From contig OZ024743.1 in NCBI GenBank assembly GCA_964016885.1, positions 174,778,001-174,842,000 on the forward strand: 64,000 bases of DNA, in the 5' to 3' direction. The DNA comes from Eledone cirrhosa. Taxonomy: Eukaryota. Made by a program: the position numbers and the translations under genes. The notes beneath the pieces were generated by a model that made no database searches, was not told where the DNA came from, and saw only the letters and a program-made list of their open reading frames with translations. Below, in pieces: positions 15,001 to 28,999 of this stretch. Every line of letters begins with the position of its first letter. Position 1 is the stretch's first letter.

Positions 15001-18000
15001 TGTAGGTAGTCTTTGATATACTGTACCTGTTATATAGGATGTAGGTAGTGTTTGATATACTGTACCTGTTATATATGTTGTAGGTAGTCTTTGATATACT
15101 GTACCTGTTATATAGGATGTAGGTAGTCTTTGATATACTGTACCTGTTATATAGGATGTAGGTAGTCTTTGATATACTGTACCTGTTATATAGGATGTAG
15201 GTAGTCTTTGATATACTGTACCTGTTATATAGGATGTACGTAGTCTTTGATATACTGTACCTGTTATATGAGATGTATGAAGTCTTTGATATACTGTACC
15301 TGTTATATAGGATGTAGGTAGTCTTTGATATACTGTACCTGTTATATAGGATGTAGGTAGTTTTTGATATACTGTACCTGTTATATAGGATGTAGGTAGT
15401 CTTTGATATACTGTACCTGTTATATAGGATGTAGGTAGTCTTTGATATACTGTACCTGTTATATAGGATGTAGGTAGTCTTTGATATACTGTACCTGTTA
15501 TATGGGATGTCGGTAGTCTTTGATATACTGTACCTGTTATATAGGATGTAGGTAGTCTTTGATATACTGTACCTGTTATATGTGATGTAGGTAGTCTTTG
15601 ATATACTGTACCAGTTATATAGGATGTATGTAGTCTTTGATATACTGTACCTGTTATATAGGATGTAGGTAGTCTTTGATATACTGTACCTGTTATATAG
15701 GATGTAGGTAGTCTTTGATATACTGTACCTGTTATATAGGATGTCGGTAGTCTTTGATATACTGTACCTGTTATATAGGATGTAGGTAGTTTTGATATAC
15801 TGTACCTGTTATATATGATGTAGGTAGTCTTTGATATACCGTACCTGTTACATAGGATGTATGTAGTCTTTGATATACTGTACCTGTTATATAGAATGTA
15901 GGTAGTCTTTGATATACTGTACCTGTTACATAGGATGTAGGTAGTCTTTGATATACTGTACCTGTTATATAGGATGTCGTTAGTCTTTGATATACTGTAC
16001 CTGTTATATAGGATGTAGGTAGTCTTTGATATACTGTACCTGTTATATAGGATGTAGGTAGTCTTTGATATACTGTACCTGTTATATAGGATGTAGGTAG
16101 TCTTTGATATACTGTACCTATTATATGAGATGTAGGAAGTTTTTGATATACTGTACCTGTTATATAGGATGTAGGTAGTCTTTGATATACTGTACCTGTT
16201 ATATAGGATGTAGGTAGTCTTTGATATACTATACCTGTTATATAGGATGTAGTCTTTGATATACTGTACCTGTTATATAGGATGTAGGTAGTCTTTGATA
16301 TACTGTACCTGTTATATGAGATGTAGGAAGTCTTTGATATACTGTACTTGTTATATAGGATGTAGGTAGTCCTTGATATACTGTACCTGTTATATAGGAT
16401 GTAGGTAGTCTTTGATATACTGTACCTCTTATATAGGATGTAGGTAGTCTTTGATATACTGTACCTGTTATATAGGATGTAGGTAGTCTTTGATATACTG
16501 TACCTGTTATATAGGATGTAGGTAGTCTTTGATATACTGTACCTCTTATATAGGATGTAGGTAGTCTTTGATATACTGTACCTGTTATATAGGATGTAGG
16601 TAGTCTTTGATATACTGTACCTGTTATATAGGATGTCGGTAGTCTTTGATATACTGTACCTGTTATATGACATGTAGGAAGTCTTTGATATACTGTACCT
16701 GTTATATGACATGTAGGAAGTCTTTGATATACTGTACCTTTTATATAGGATGTAGGTAGTCTTTGATATACTGTACCTGTTATATAGGATGTAGGTAGTC
16801 TTTGATATACTGTACCTGTTATATAGGATGTAGGTAGTGTTTGATATACTGTACCTGTTACATAGGATGTATATAGTCTTTGATATACTGTACCTGTTAC
16901 ATAGGTTGTAGGTAGTCTTTGATATACTGTACCTGTTATATAGGATGTAGGTAGTCTTTGATATACTGTACCTGTTATATAGGATGTAGGTAGTCTTTGA
17001 TATAATGTACCTGTTATATAGGATGTAGATAGTCTTTGATATACTGTACCTGTTATATAGGATGTAGGTAGTCTTTGATATACTGTACCTGTTATATAGG
17101 ATGTCGGTAGTCTTTGATATACTGTACCTGTTATATAGGATGTAGGTAGTCTTTGCTATACTCTACCTGTTATATATGATGTAGGTAGTCTTTGATATAC
17201 TGTACCTGTTATATAGGATGTATGTAGTCTTTGATATACTGTACCTGTTATATAGGATGTAGGTAGTCTTTGATATACTGTACCTGTTATATAGGATGTA
17301 GGTAGTCTTTGATATACTGTACCTGTTATATAGGATGTCGGTAGTCTTTGATATACTGTACCTGTTATATAGGGTGTAGGTAGTCATTGATATACTGTAC
17401 CTGTTATATATGATGTAGGTAGTCTTTGATATACTGTACCTGTTATATAGGATGTAGGTAGTCTTTGATATACTGTACCTGTTATATAGGATGTAGGTAG
17501 TCTTTGATATACTGTACCTGTTATATAGGATGTAGGTAGTCTTTGATATACTGTACCTGTTATATAGGATGTAGGTAGTCTTTGATATACTGTACCTGTT
17601 ATATAGGATGTAGGTAGTCTTTGATATACTGTACCTGTTATATAGGATGTAGGTAGTCTTTGATATACTGTACATGTTATATAGGATGTAGGTAGTCTTT
17701 GATATACTGTACCTGTTACATAGGATGTAGGTAGTCTTTGATATACTGTACCTGTTACATAGGATGTAGGTAGTCTTTCATATACTGTACCTGTTATATA
17801 GGATGTAGGTAGTCTTTGATATACTGTACCTGTTATATAGGATGTAGGTAGTCTTTGATATACTGTACCTATTATATAGGATGTAGGTAGTCTTTGATAT
17901 ACTGTACCTGTTATATAGGATGTAGGTAGTCTTTGATATACTGTACCTGTTATATAGGATGTAGGTAGTCTTTGATATACTGTACCTGTTATATAGGATG

Positions 18001-21000
18001 TAGGTAGTCTTTGATATACTGTACCTGTTATATAGGATGTAGGTAGTCTTTGAAATACTGTACCTATTATATGAGATGTAGGAAGTCTTTCATATACTGT
18101 ACCTGTTATATAGGATGTAGGTAGTCTTTGATATACTGTACCTGTTATATAGGATGTAGGTAGTCTTTGATATACTGTACATGTTATATAGGATGTAGGT
18201 AGTCTTTGATATACTGTACCTGTTACATAGGATGTAGGTAGTCTTTGATATACTGTACCTGTTACATAGGATGTAGGTAGTCTTTCATATACTGTACCTG
18301 TTATATAGGATGTAGGTAGCCTTTGATATACTGTACCTGTTATATAGGATGTAGGTAGTCTTTGATATACTGTACCTATTATATAGGATGTAGGTAGTCT
18401 TTGATATACTGTACCTGTTATATAGGATGTAGGTAGTCTTTGATATACTGTACCTGTTATATAGGATGTAGGTAGTCTTTGATATACTGTACCTGTTATA
18501 TAGGATGTAGGTAGTCTTTGATATACTGTACCTGTTACATAGGATGTAGGTAGTCTTTGATATACTGTACCTGTTATACAGGATGTATGTAGTCTTTGGT
18601 ATACTGTACCTGTTACATAGGATGTAGGTAGTCTTTGATATACTGTACCTGTTATATAGGATGTAGGTAGTCTTTGATATACTGTACCTGTTATATAGGA
18701 TGTAGGTAGACTTTGATATACTGTACCTGTTATATAGGATGTAGGTAGTCTTTGATATACTGTAGCTGTTATATAGGATGTAGGTAGTCTTTGATATACT
18801 GTACCTGTTATATAGGATGTAGGTAGTCTTTGATATACTGTACCTGTTATATAGGATGTAGGTAGTCTTTGATATACTGTACCTGTTATATAGGATGTAG
18901 GTAGTCTTTGATATACTGTACCTGTTATATAGGATGTAGGTAGTCTTTGATATACTGTACCTGTTATATAGGATGTAGGTAGTCTTTGATATACTGTACC
19001 TATTATATGAGATGTAGGAAGTTTTTGATATACTGTACCTGTTATATAGGATGTAGGTAGTCTTTGATATACTATACCTGTTATATAGGATGTAGTCTTT
19101 GATATACTGTACCTGTTATATAGGATGTAATAAGTCTTTGATATACTGTACCTGTTATATGAGATGTAGGAAGTCTTTGATATACTGTACTTGTTATATA
19201 GGATGTAGGTAGTCCTTGATATACTGTACCTGTTATATAGGATGTAGGTAGTCTTTGATATACTGTACCTCTTATATAGGATGTAGGTAGTCTTTGATAT
19301 ACTGTACCTGTTATATAGGATGTAGGTAGTCTTTGATATACTGTACCTGTTATATAGGATGTAGGTAGTCTTTGATATACTGTACCTCTTATATAGGATG
19401 TAGGTAGTCTTTGATATACTGTACCTGTTATATAGGATGTAGGTAGTCTTTGATATACTGTACCTGTTATATAGGATGTCGGTAGTCTTTGATATACTGT
19501 ACCTGTTATATGACATGTAGGAAGTCTTTGATATACTGTACCTGTTATATGACATGTAGGAAGTCTTTGATATACTGTACCTTTTATATAGGATGTAGGT
19601 AGTCTTTGATATACTGTACCTGTTATATAGGATGTAGGTAGTCTTTGATATACTGTACCTGTTATATAGGATGTAGGTAGTGTTTGATATACTGTACCTG
19701 TTACATAGGATGTATGTAGTCTTTGATATACTGTACCTGTTACATAGGTTGTAGGTAGTCTTTGATATACTGTACCTGTTATATAGGATGTAGGTAGTCT
19801 TTGATATACTGTACCTGTTATATAGGATGTAGGTAGTCTTTGATATAATGTACCTGTTATATAGGATGTAGATAGTCTTTGATATACTGTACCTGTTATA
19901 TAGGATGTAGGTAGTCTTTGATATACTGTACCTGTTATATAGGATGTCGGTAGTCTTTGATATACTGTACCTGTTATATAGGATGTAGGTAGTCTTTGCT
20001 ATACTCTACCTGTTATATATGATGTAGGTAGTCTTTGATATACTGTACCTGTTATATAGGATGTATGTAGTCTTTGATATACTGTACCTGTTATATAGAA
20101 TGTAGGTAGTCTTTGATATACTGTACCTGTTATATAGGATGTAGGTAGTCTTTGATATACTGTACCTGTTACATAGGATGTAGGTAGTCTTTGATATACT
20201 GTACCTTTTATATAGGATGTAGGTAGTCTTTGATATACTGTACCTGTTATATAGGATGTAGGTAGTCTTTGATATACTGTACCTGTTATATAGGATGTCG
20301 GTAGTCTTTGATATACTGTACCTGTTATATATGATGTAGGTAGTCTTTGATATACTGTACCTGTTACATAGGATGTAGGTAGTCTTTGATATACTGTACC
20401 TGTTACATGAGATGTAGGAAGTCTTTGATATACTGTACCTGTTATATAGGATGTAGGTAGTCTTTGATATACTGTACCTGTTATATAGGATGTAGGTAGT
20501 CTTTGATATACTGTACCTGTTATATAGGATGTAGGTAGTGTTTGATATACTGTATCTGTTATATAGGATGTAGGTAGTCTTTGATATACTGTACCTGTTA
20601 TATAGGATGTAGGTAGTGTTTGATATACTGTACCTGTTATATAGGATGTAGGTAGTGTTTGATATACTGTACCTGTTATATATGTTGTAGGTAGTCTTTG
20701 ATATACTGTACCTGTTATATAGGATGTAGGTAGTCTTTGATATACTGTACCTGTTATATAGGATGTAGGTAGTCTTTGATATACTGTACCTGTTATATAG
20801 GATGTAGGTAGTCTTTGATATACTGTACCTGTTATATAGGATGTACGTAGTCTTTGATATACTGTACCTGTTATATGAGATGTATGAAGTCTTTGATATA
20901 CTCTACCTGTTATATAGGATGTAGGTAGTCTTTGATATACTGTACCTGTTATATAGGATGTAGGTAGTTTTTGATATACTGTACCTGTTATATAGGATGT

Positions 21001-21170
21001 AGGTAGTCTTTGATATACTCTACCTGTTATATAGGATGTAGGTAGTCTTTGATATACTGTACCTGTTATATAGGATGTAGGTAGTCTTTGATATACTGTA
21101 CCTGTTATATATGATGTAGGTAGTCTTTGATATACTGTACCAGTTATATAGGATGTATGTAGTCTTTGAT
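9060..21170. repeat. Region with four dispersed copies of a ~1.1 kb variant block (at ~9.1-10.2, 12.3-13.4, 14.6-15.6 and 20.1-21.2 kb)
   Basis: The ordered markers TATGTTGTAG, GTACGTAG (~9793, 12983, 15236, 20843), GAGATGTATGAAG and ACCAGTTAT recur in the same order and were not seen elsewhere in the window. Confidence 0.8.
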
Positions 21171-24100
21171 ATACTGTACCTGTTATATAGGATGTAGGTA
21201 GTCTTTGATATACTGTACCTGTTATATAGGATGTAGGTAGTCTTTGATATACTGTACCTGTTATATAGGATGTCGGTAGTCTTTGATATACTGTACCTGT
21301 TATATAGGATGTAGGTAGTTTTGATATACTGTACCTGTTATATATGATGTAGGTAGTCTTTGATATACCGTACCTGTTACATAGGATGTATGTAGTCTTT
21401 GATATACTGTACCTGTTATATAGAATGTAGGTAGTCTTTGATATACTGTACCTGTTACATAGGATGTAGGTAGTCTTTGATATACTGTACCTGTTATATA
21501 GGATGTCGGTAGTCTTTGATATACTGTACCTGTTATATAGGATGTAGGTAGTCTTTGATATACTATACCTGTTATATAGGATGTAGTCTTTGATATACTG
21601 TACCTGTTATATAGTATGTAGGTAGTCTTTGATATACTGTACCTGTTATATGAGATGTAGGAAGTCTTTGATATACTGTACTTGTTATATAGGATGTAGG
21701 TAGTCCTTGATATACTGTACCTGTTATATAGGATGTAGGTAGTCTTTGATATACTGTACCTGCTATATAGGTTGTAGGTAGTCTTTGATATACCGTACCT
21801 GTTATATAGGATGTAGGTAGTCTTTGATATACTGTACCTGTTATATAGGATGTAGGTAGTCTTTGATATACTGTACCTGTTATATAGGATGTAGGTAGTC
21901 TTTGATATACTGTACCTGTTATATAGGATGTAGGTAGTCTTTGATATACTGTACCTGTTATATAGGATGTAGGTAGTCTTTGATATACTGTACCTGTTAT
22001 ATAGGATGTAGGTAGTCTTTGATATACTGTACCTGTTATATGAGATGTAGGAAGTCTTTGATATACTGTACCTGTTATATGAGATGTAGGAAGTCTTTGA
22101 TATGCTTTACCTGTTATATAGGATGTAGGTAGTCTTTGATATACTGTACCTGTTATATAGGATGTATGTAGTCTTTGATATACTGTACCTGTTATATAGG
22201 ATGTAGCTAGTCTTTGATATACTGTACCTTTTATATATGATGTAGGTAGTCTTTGATATACTGTACCTGTTACATAGGATGTATGCAGTCTTTGATATAC
22301 TGTACCTGTTATATAGGATGTAGGTAGTCCTTGATATACTGTACCTGTTACATAGGATGTAGGTAGTCTTTGATCTACTGTACCTGTTATATAGGATGTA
22401 GGTAGTCTTTGATATACTAAACCTGTTATATAGGATGTAGGTAGTGTTTGATATACTGTACCTGTTATATAGGATGTAGGTAGTCTTTGATATACTGTAC
22501 CTGTTATATGAGATATAGGAAGTCTTTGATATACTGTACCTGTTATATAGGATGTCGGTAGTCTTTGATATACTGTACCTGTTATATGAAATGTAGGAAG
22601 TCTTTGATATACTGTACCTGTTATATAGGATGTAATTAGTCTTTGATATACTGTACCTGTTATATAGGATGTCGGTAGTCTTTGATATACTGTACCTGTT
22701 ATATAGGATGTAGGTAGTCTTTGATATACTGTACCTGTTATATAGGATGTAGGTAGTCTTTGATATACTGTACCTGTTATATAGGATGTAGGTAGTCTTT
22801 GATATACTGTACCTGTTATATAGGATGTCGGTAGTCTTTGATATACTGTACCTGTTACATAGGATGTAGGTAGTCTTTGATATACTGTACCTGTTATATA
22901 GGATGTAGGTAGTCTTTGATATACTGTACTTGTTATATAGGATGTAGGTAGTCTTTGATATACTATACCTGTTATATAGGATGTAGTCTTTGATATACTG
23001 TACCTGTTATATAGGATGTAGGTAGTCTTTGATATACTGTACCTGTTATATGAGATGTAGGAAGTCTTTGATATACTGTACTTGTTATATAGGATGTAGG
23101 TAGTGTTTGATATACTGTACCTGTTATATAGGATGTAGGTAGTCTTTGATATACTGTACCTGTTATATAGGATGTAGGTAGTCTTTGATATACTGTACCT
23201 GTTATATAGGATGTAGGTAGTCTTTGATATACTGTACCTGTTATATAGGATGTCGGTAGTCTTTGATATACTGTACCTGTTATATAGGATGTAGGTAGTT
23301 TTGATATACTGTACCTGTTATATATGATGTAGGTAGTCTTTGATATACCGTACCTGTTACATAGGATGTATGTAGTCTTTGATATACTGTACCTGTTATA
23401 TAGAATGTAGGTAGTCTTTGATATACTGTACCTGTTACATAGGATGTAGGTAGTCTTTGATATACTGTACCTGTTATATAGGATGTCGGTAGTCTTTGAT
23501 ATACTGTACCTGTTATATAGGATGTAGGTAGTCTTTGATATACTATACCTGTTATATAGGATGTAGTCTTTGATATACTGTACCTGTTATATAGGATGTA
23601 GGTAGTCTTTGATATACTGTACCTGTTATATGAGATGTAGGAAGTCTTTGATATACTGTACTTGTTATATAGGATGTAGGTAGTCCTTGATATACTGTAC
23701 CTGTTATATAGGATGTAGGTAGTCTTTGATATACTGTACCTGCTATATAGGTTGTAGGTAGTCTTTGATATACCGTACCTGTTATATAGGATGTAGGTAG
23801 TCTTTGATATACTGTACCTGTTATATAGGATGTAGGTAGTCTTTGATATACTGTACCTGTTATATAGGATGTAGGTAGTCTTTGATATACTGTACCTGTT
23901 ATATAGGATGTAGGTAGTCTTTGATATACTGTACCTGTTATATAGGATGTAGGTAGTCTTTGATATACTGTACCTGTTATATAGGATGTAGGTAGTCTTT
24001 GATATACTGTACCTGTTATATGAGATGTAGGAAGTCTTTGATATACTGTACCTGTTATATGAGATGTAGGAAGTCTTTGATATGCTTTACCTGTTATATA

Positions 24101-25230
24101 GGATGTAGGTAGTCTTTGATATACTGTACCTGTTATATAGGATGTATGTAGTCTTTGATATACTGTACCTGTTATATAGGATGTAGCTAGTCTTTGATAT
24201 ACTGTACCTTTTATATATGATGTAGGTAGTCTTTGATATACTGTACCTGTTACATAGGATGTATGCAGTCTTTGATATACTGTACCTGTTATATAGGATG
24301 TAGGTAGTCCTTGATATACTGTACCTGTTACATAGGATGTAGGTAGTCTTTGATCTACTGTACCTGTTATATAGGATGTAGGTAGTCTTTGATATACTGT
24401 ACCTGTTATATAGGATGTAGGTAGTGTTTGATATACTGTACCTGTTATATAGGATGTAGGTAGTCTTTGATATACTGTACCTGTTATATGAGATATAGGA
24501 AGTCTTTGATATACTGTACCTGTTATATAGGATGTCGGTAGTCTTTGATATACTGTACCTGTTATATGAAATGTAGGAAGTCTTTGATATACTGTACCTG
24601 TTATATAGGATGTAATTAGTCTTTGATATACTGTACCTGTTATATAGGATGTCGGTAGTCTTTGATATACTGTACCTGTTATATAGGATGTAGGTAGTCT
24701 TTGATATACTGTACCTGTTATATAGGATGTAGGTAGTCTTTGATATACTGTACCTGTTATATAGGATGTAGGTAGTCTTTGATATACTGTACCTGTTATA
24801 TAGGATGTCGGTAGTCTTTGATATACTGTACCTGTTACATAGGATGTAGGTAGTCTTTGATATACTGTACCTGTTATATAGGATGTAGGTAGTCTTTGAT
24901 ATACTGTACTTGTTATATAGGATGTAGGTAGTCTTTGATATACTATACCTGTTATATAGGATGTAGTCTTTGATATACTGTACCTGTTATATAGGATGTA
25001 GGTAGTCTTTGATATACTGTACCTGTTATATGAGATGTAGGAAGTCTTTGATATACTGTACTTGTTATATAGGATGTAGGTAGTGTTTGATATACTGTAC
25101 CTGTTATATAGGATGTAGGTAGTCTTTGATATACTGTACCTGTTATATAGGATGTAGGTAGTCTTTGATATACTGTACCTGTTATATAGGATGTAGGTAG
25201 TCTTTGATATACTGTACCTGTTATATAGGA
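21160..25230. repeat. Near-perfect tandem duplication, period 1980 bp (51 monomers)
   Basis: Lines 21181-23161 match lines 23161-25141. I saw only two differing sites (21615 vs 23595; TACTAAACC ~22415 vs TACTGTACC ~24395). 1980 = 51 x 39 - 9, matching two 4-bp deletions and one 1-bp deletion seen in the unit. Confidence 0.9.
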
Positions 25231-25769
25231 TGTAGGTAGTCTTTGATATACTGTACCTGTTATATAGGATGTAGGTAGTGTTTGATATACTGTACCTGTT
25301 ATATAGGATGTAGGTAGTCTTTGATATACTTTACCTGTTATATAGGATGTAGGTAGTCTTTGATATACTGTACCTGTTATATAGGATGTAGGTAGTCTTT
25401 GATATACTGTACCTGTTATATAGGATGTAGGTAGTCTTTGATATACTGTACCTGTTATATAGGATGTAGGTAGTGTTTGATATACTGTACCTGTTATATA
25501 GGATGTAGGTAGTCTTTGATATACTGTACCTGTTATATGAGATGTAGGAAGTCTTTGATATACTCTACCTGTTATATGAGATGTAGGAAGTCTTTGATAT
25601 GCTGTACCTGTTATATAGGATGTAGGTAGTCTTTGATATACTGTACCTGTTATATAGGATGTCGGTAGTCTTTGATATACTGTACCTGTTATATAGGATG
25701 TAGGTAGTCTTTGATATACTGTACCTGTTATATAGGATGTAGGTAGTCTTTGATATACTGTACCTGTTA

Positions 25770-28250
25770 TATAGGATGTAGGTAGTCTTTGATATACTGT
25801 ACCTGTTATATAGGATGTAGGTAGTCTTTGATATACTGTACCTGTTACAGAGGATGTAGGTAGTCTTTGATATACTGTACCTGTTATATAGGATGTAGGT
25901 AGTCTTTGATATACTGTACCTGTTATATAGGATGTAGGTAGTCTTTGATATACTGTACATGTTATATAGGATGTAGGTAGTCTTTGATATACTGTACCTG
26001 TTATATAGGATGTAGGCAGTCTTTGATATACTGTACCTGTTATATAGGATGTAGGTAGTCTTTGATATACTGTACCTGTTATATAGGATGTAGGTAGTCT
26101 TTGATATACTGTACATGTTATATAGGATGTAGGTAGTCTTTGATATACTGTACCTGTTACATAGGATGTAGGTAGTCTTTGATATACTGTACCTGTTACA
26201 TAGGATGTAGGTAGTCTTTCATATACTGTACCTGTTATATAGGATGTAGGTAGTCTTTGATATACTGTACCTGTTATATAGGATGTAGGTAGTCTTTGAT
26301 ATACTGTACCTGCTATATAGGATGTAGGTAGTCTTTGATATACTGTACATGTTATATAGGATGTAGGTAGTCTTTGATATACTGTACCTGTTATATAGGA
26401 TGTAGGTAGTCTTTGATATACTGTACCTGTTATATAGGATGTAGGTAGTCTTTGATATACTGTACCTGTTATATAGGATGTAGGTAGTCTTTGATATACT
26501 GTACCTGTTATATAGGATGTAGGTAGTCTTTGATATACTGTACCTGTTATATAGGATGTCGGTAGTCTTTGATATACTGTACCTGTTACATAGGATGTAG
26601 GTAGTCTTTGATATACTGTACCTGTTATATAGGATGTAGGTAGTCTTTGATATACTGTACTTGTTATATAGGATGTAGGTAGTCTTTGATATACTATACC
26701 TGTTATATAGGATGTAGTCTTTGATATACTGCACCTGTTATATAGGATGTAGGTAGTCTTTGATATACTGTACCTGTTATATGAGATGTAGGAAGTCTTT
26801 GATATACTGTACTTGTTATATAGGATGTAGGTAGTGTTTGATATACTGTACCTGTTATATAGGATGTAGGTAGTCTTTGATATACTGTACCTGTTATATA
26901 GGATGTCGGTAGTCTTTGATATACTGTACCTGTTACATAGGATGTAGGTAGTCTTTGATATACTGTACCTGTTATATAGGATGTAGGTAGTCTTTGATAT
27001 ACTGTACTTGTTATATAGGATGTAGGCAGTCTTTGATATACTGTACCTGTTATATAGGATGTAGGTAGTCTTTGATATACTGTACCTGTTACAGAGGATG
27101 TAGGTAGTCTTTGATATACTGTACCTGTTATATAGGATGTAGGTAGTCTTTGATATACTGTACCTGTTATATAGGATGTAGGTAGTCTTTGATATACTGT
27201 ACATGTTATATAGGATGTAGGTAGTCTTTGATATACTGTACCTGTTATATAGGATGTAGGTAGTCTTTGATATACTGTACCTGTTATATAGGATGTAGGT
27301 AGTCTTTGATATACTGTACCTGTTATATAGGATGTAGGTAGTCTTTGATATACTGTACATGTTATATAGGATGTAGGTAGTCTTTGATATACTGTACCTG
27401 TTACATAGGATGTAGGTAGTCTTTGATATACTGTACCTGTTACATAGGATGTAGGTAGTCTTTCATATACTGTACCTGTTATATAGGATGTAGGTAGTCT
27501 TTGATATACTGTACCTGTTATATAGGATGTAGGTATTCTTTGATATACTGTACCTGCTATATAGCATGTAGGTAGTCTTTGATATACTGTACATGTTATA
27601 TAGGATGTAGGTAGTCTTTGATATACTGTACCTGTTATATAGGATGTAGGTAGTCTTTGATATACTGTACCTGTTATATAGGATGTAGGTAGTCTTTGAT
27701 ATACTGTACCTGTTATATAGGATGTAGGTAGTCTTTGATATACTGTACCTGTTATATAGGATGTAGGTAGTCTTTGATATACTGTACCTGTTATATAGGA
27801 TGTCGGTAGTCTTTGATATACTGTACCTGTTACATAGGATGTAGGTAGTCTTTGATATACTGTACCTGTTATATAGGATGTAGGTAGTCTTTGATATACT
27901 GTACTTGTTATATAGGATGTAGGTAGTCTTTGATATACTATACCTGTTATATAGGATGTAGTCTTTGATTTACTGTACCTGTTATATAAGATGTAGGTAG
28001 TCTTTGATATACTGTACCTGTTATATGAGATGTAGGAAGTCTTTGATATACTGTACTTGTTATATAGGATGTAGGTAGTGTTTGATATACTGTACCTGTT
28101 ATATAGGATGTAGGTAGTCTTTGATATACTGTACCTGTTATATAGGATGTCGGTAGTCTTTGATATACTGTACCTGTTACATAGGATGTAGGTAGTCTTT
28201 GATATACTGTACCTGTTATATAGGATGTAGGTAGTCTTTGATATACTGTA
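25770..28250. repeat. Tandem duplication, period 1244 bp (32 monomers)
   Basis: TTACAGAGG at ~25845 and 27089. ORF starts at 26116 and 27360 (offset 1244 = 32 x 39 - 4, with one 4-bp deletion at ~26715). Confidence 0.75.
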
Positions 28251-28999
28251 CTTGTTATATAGGATGTAGGTAGTCTTTGATATACTATACCTGTTATATA
28301 GGATGCAGTCTTTGATATACTGTACCTGTTATATAGGTTGTAGGTAGTGTTTGATATACTGTACCTGTTATATAGGATGTAGGTAGTCTTTGATATACTT
28401 TACCTGTTATATAGGATGTAGGTAGTCTTTGATATACTGTACCTGTTATATAGGATGTAGGTAGTCTTTGATATACTGTACCTGTTATATAGGATGTAGG
28501 TAGTCTTTGATATACTGTACCTGTTATATAGGATGTAGGTAGTGTTTGATATACTGTACCTGTTATATAGGATGTAGGTAGTCTTTGATATACTGTACCT
28601 GTTATATGAGATGTAGGAAGTCTTTGATATACTCTACCTGTTATATGAGATGTAGGAAGTCTTTGATATGCTGTACCTGTTATATAGGATGTAGGTAGTC
28701 TTTGATATACTGTACCTGTTATATAGGATGTCGGTAGTCTTTGATATACTGTACCTGTTATATAGGATGTAGGTAGTCTTTGATATACTGTACCTGTTAT
28801 ATAGGATGTAGGTAGTCTTTGATATACTGTACCTGTTATATAGGATGTAGGTAGTCTTTGATATACTGTACCTGTTATATAGGATGTAGGTAGTCTTTGA
28901 TATACTGTACCTGTTACAGAGGATGTAGGTAGTCTTTGATATACTGTACCTGTTATATAGGATGTAGGTAGTCTTTGATATACTGTACCTGTTATATAG

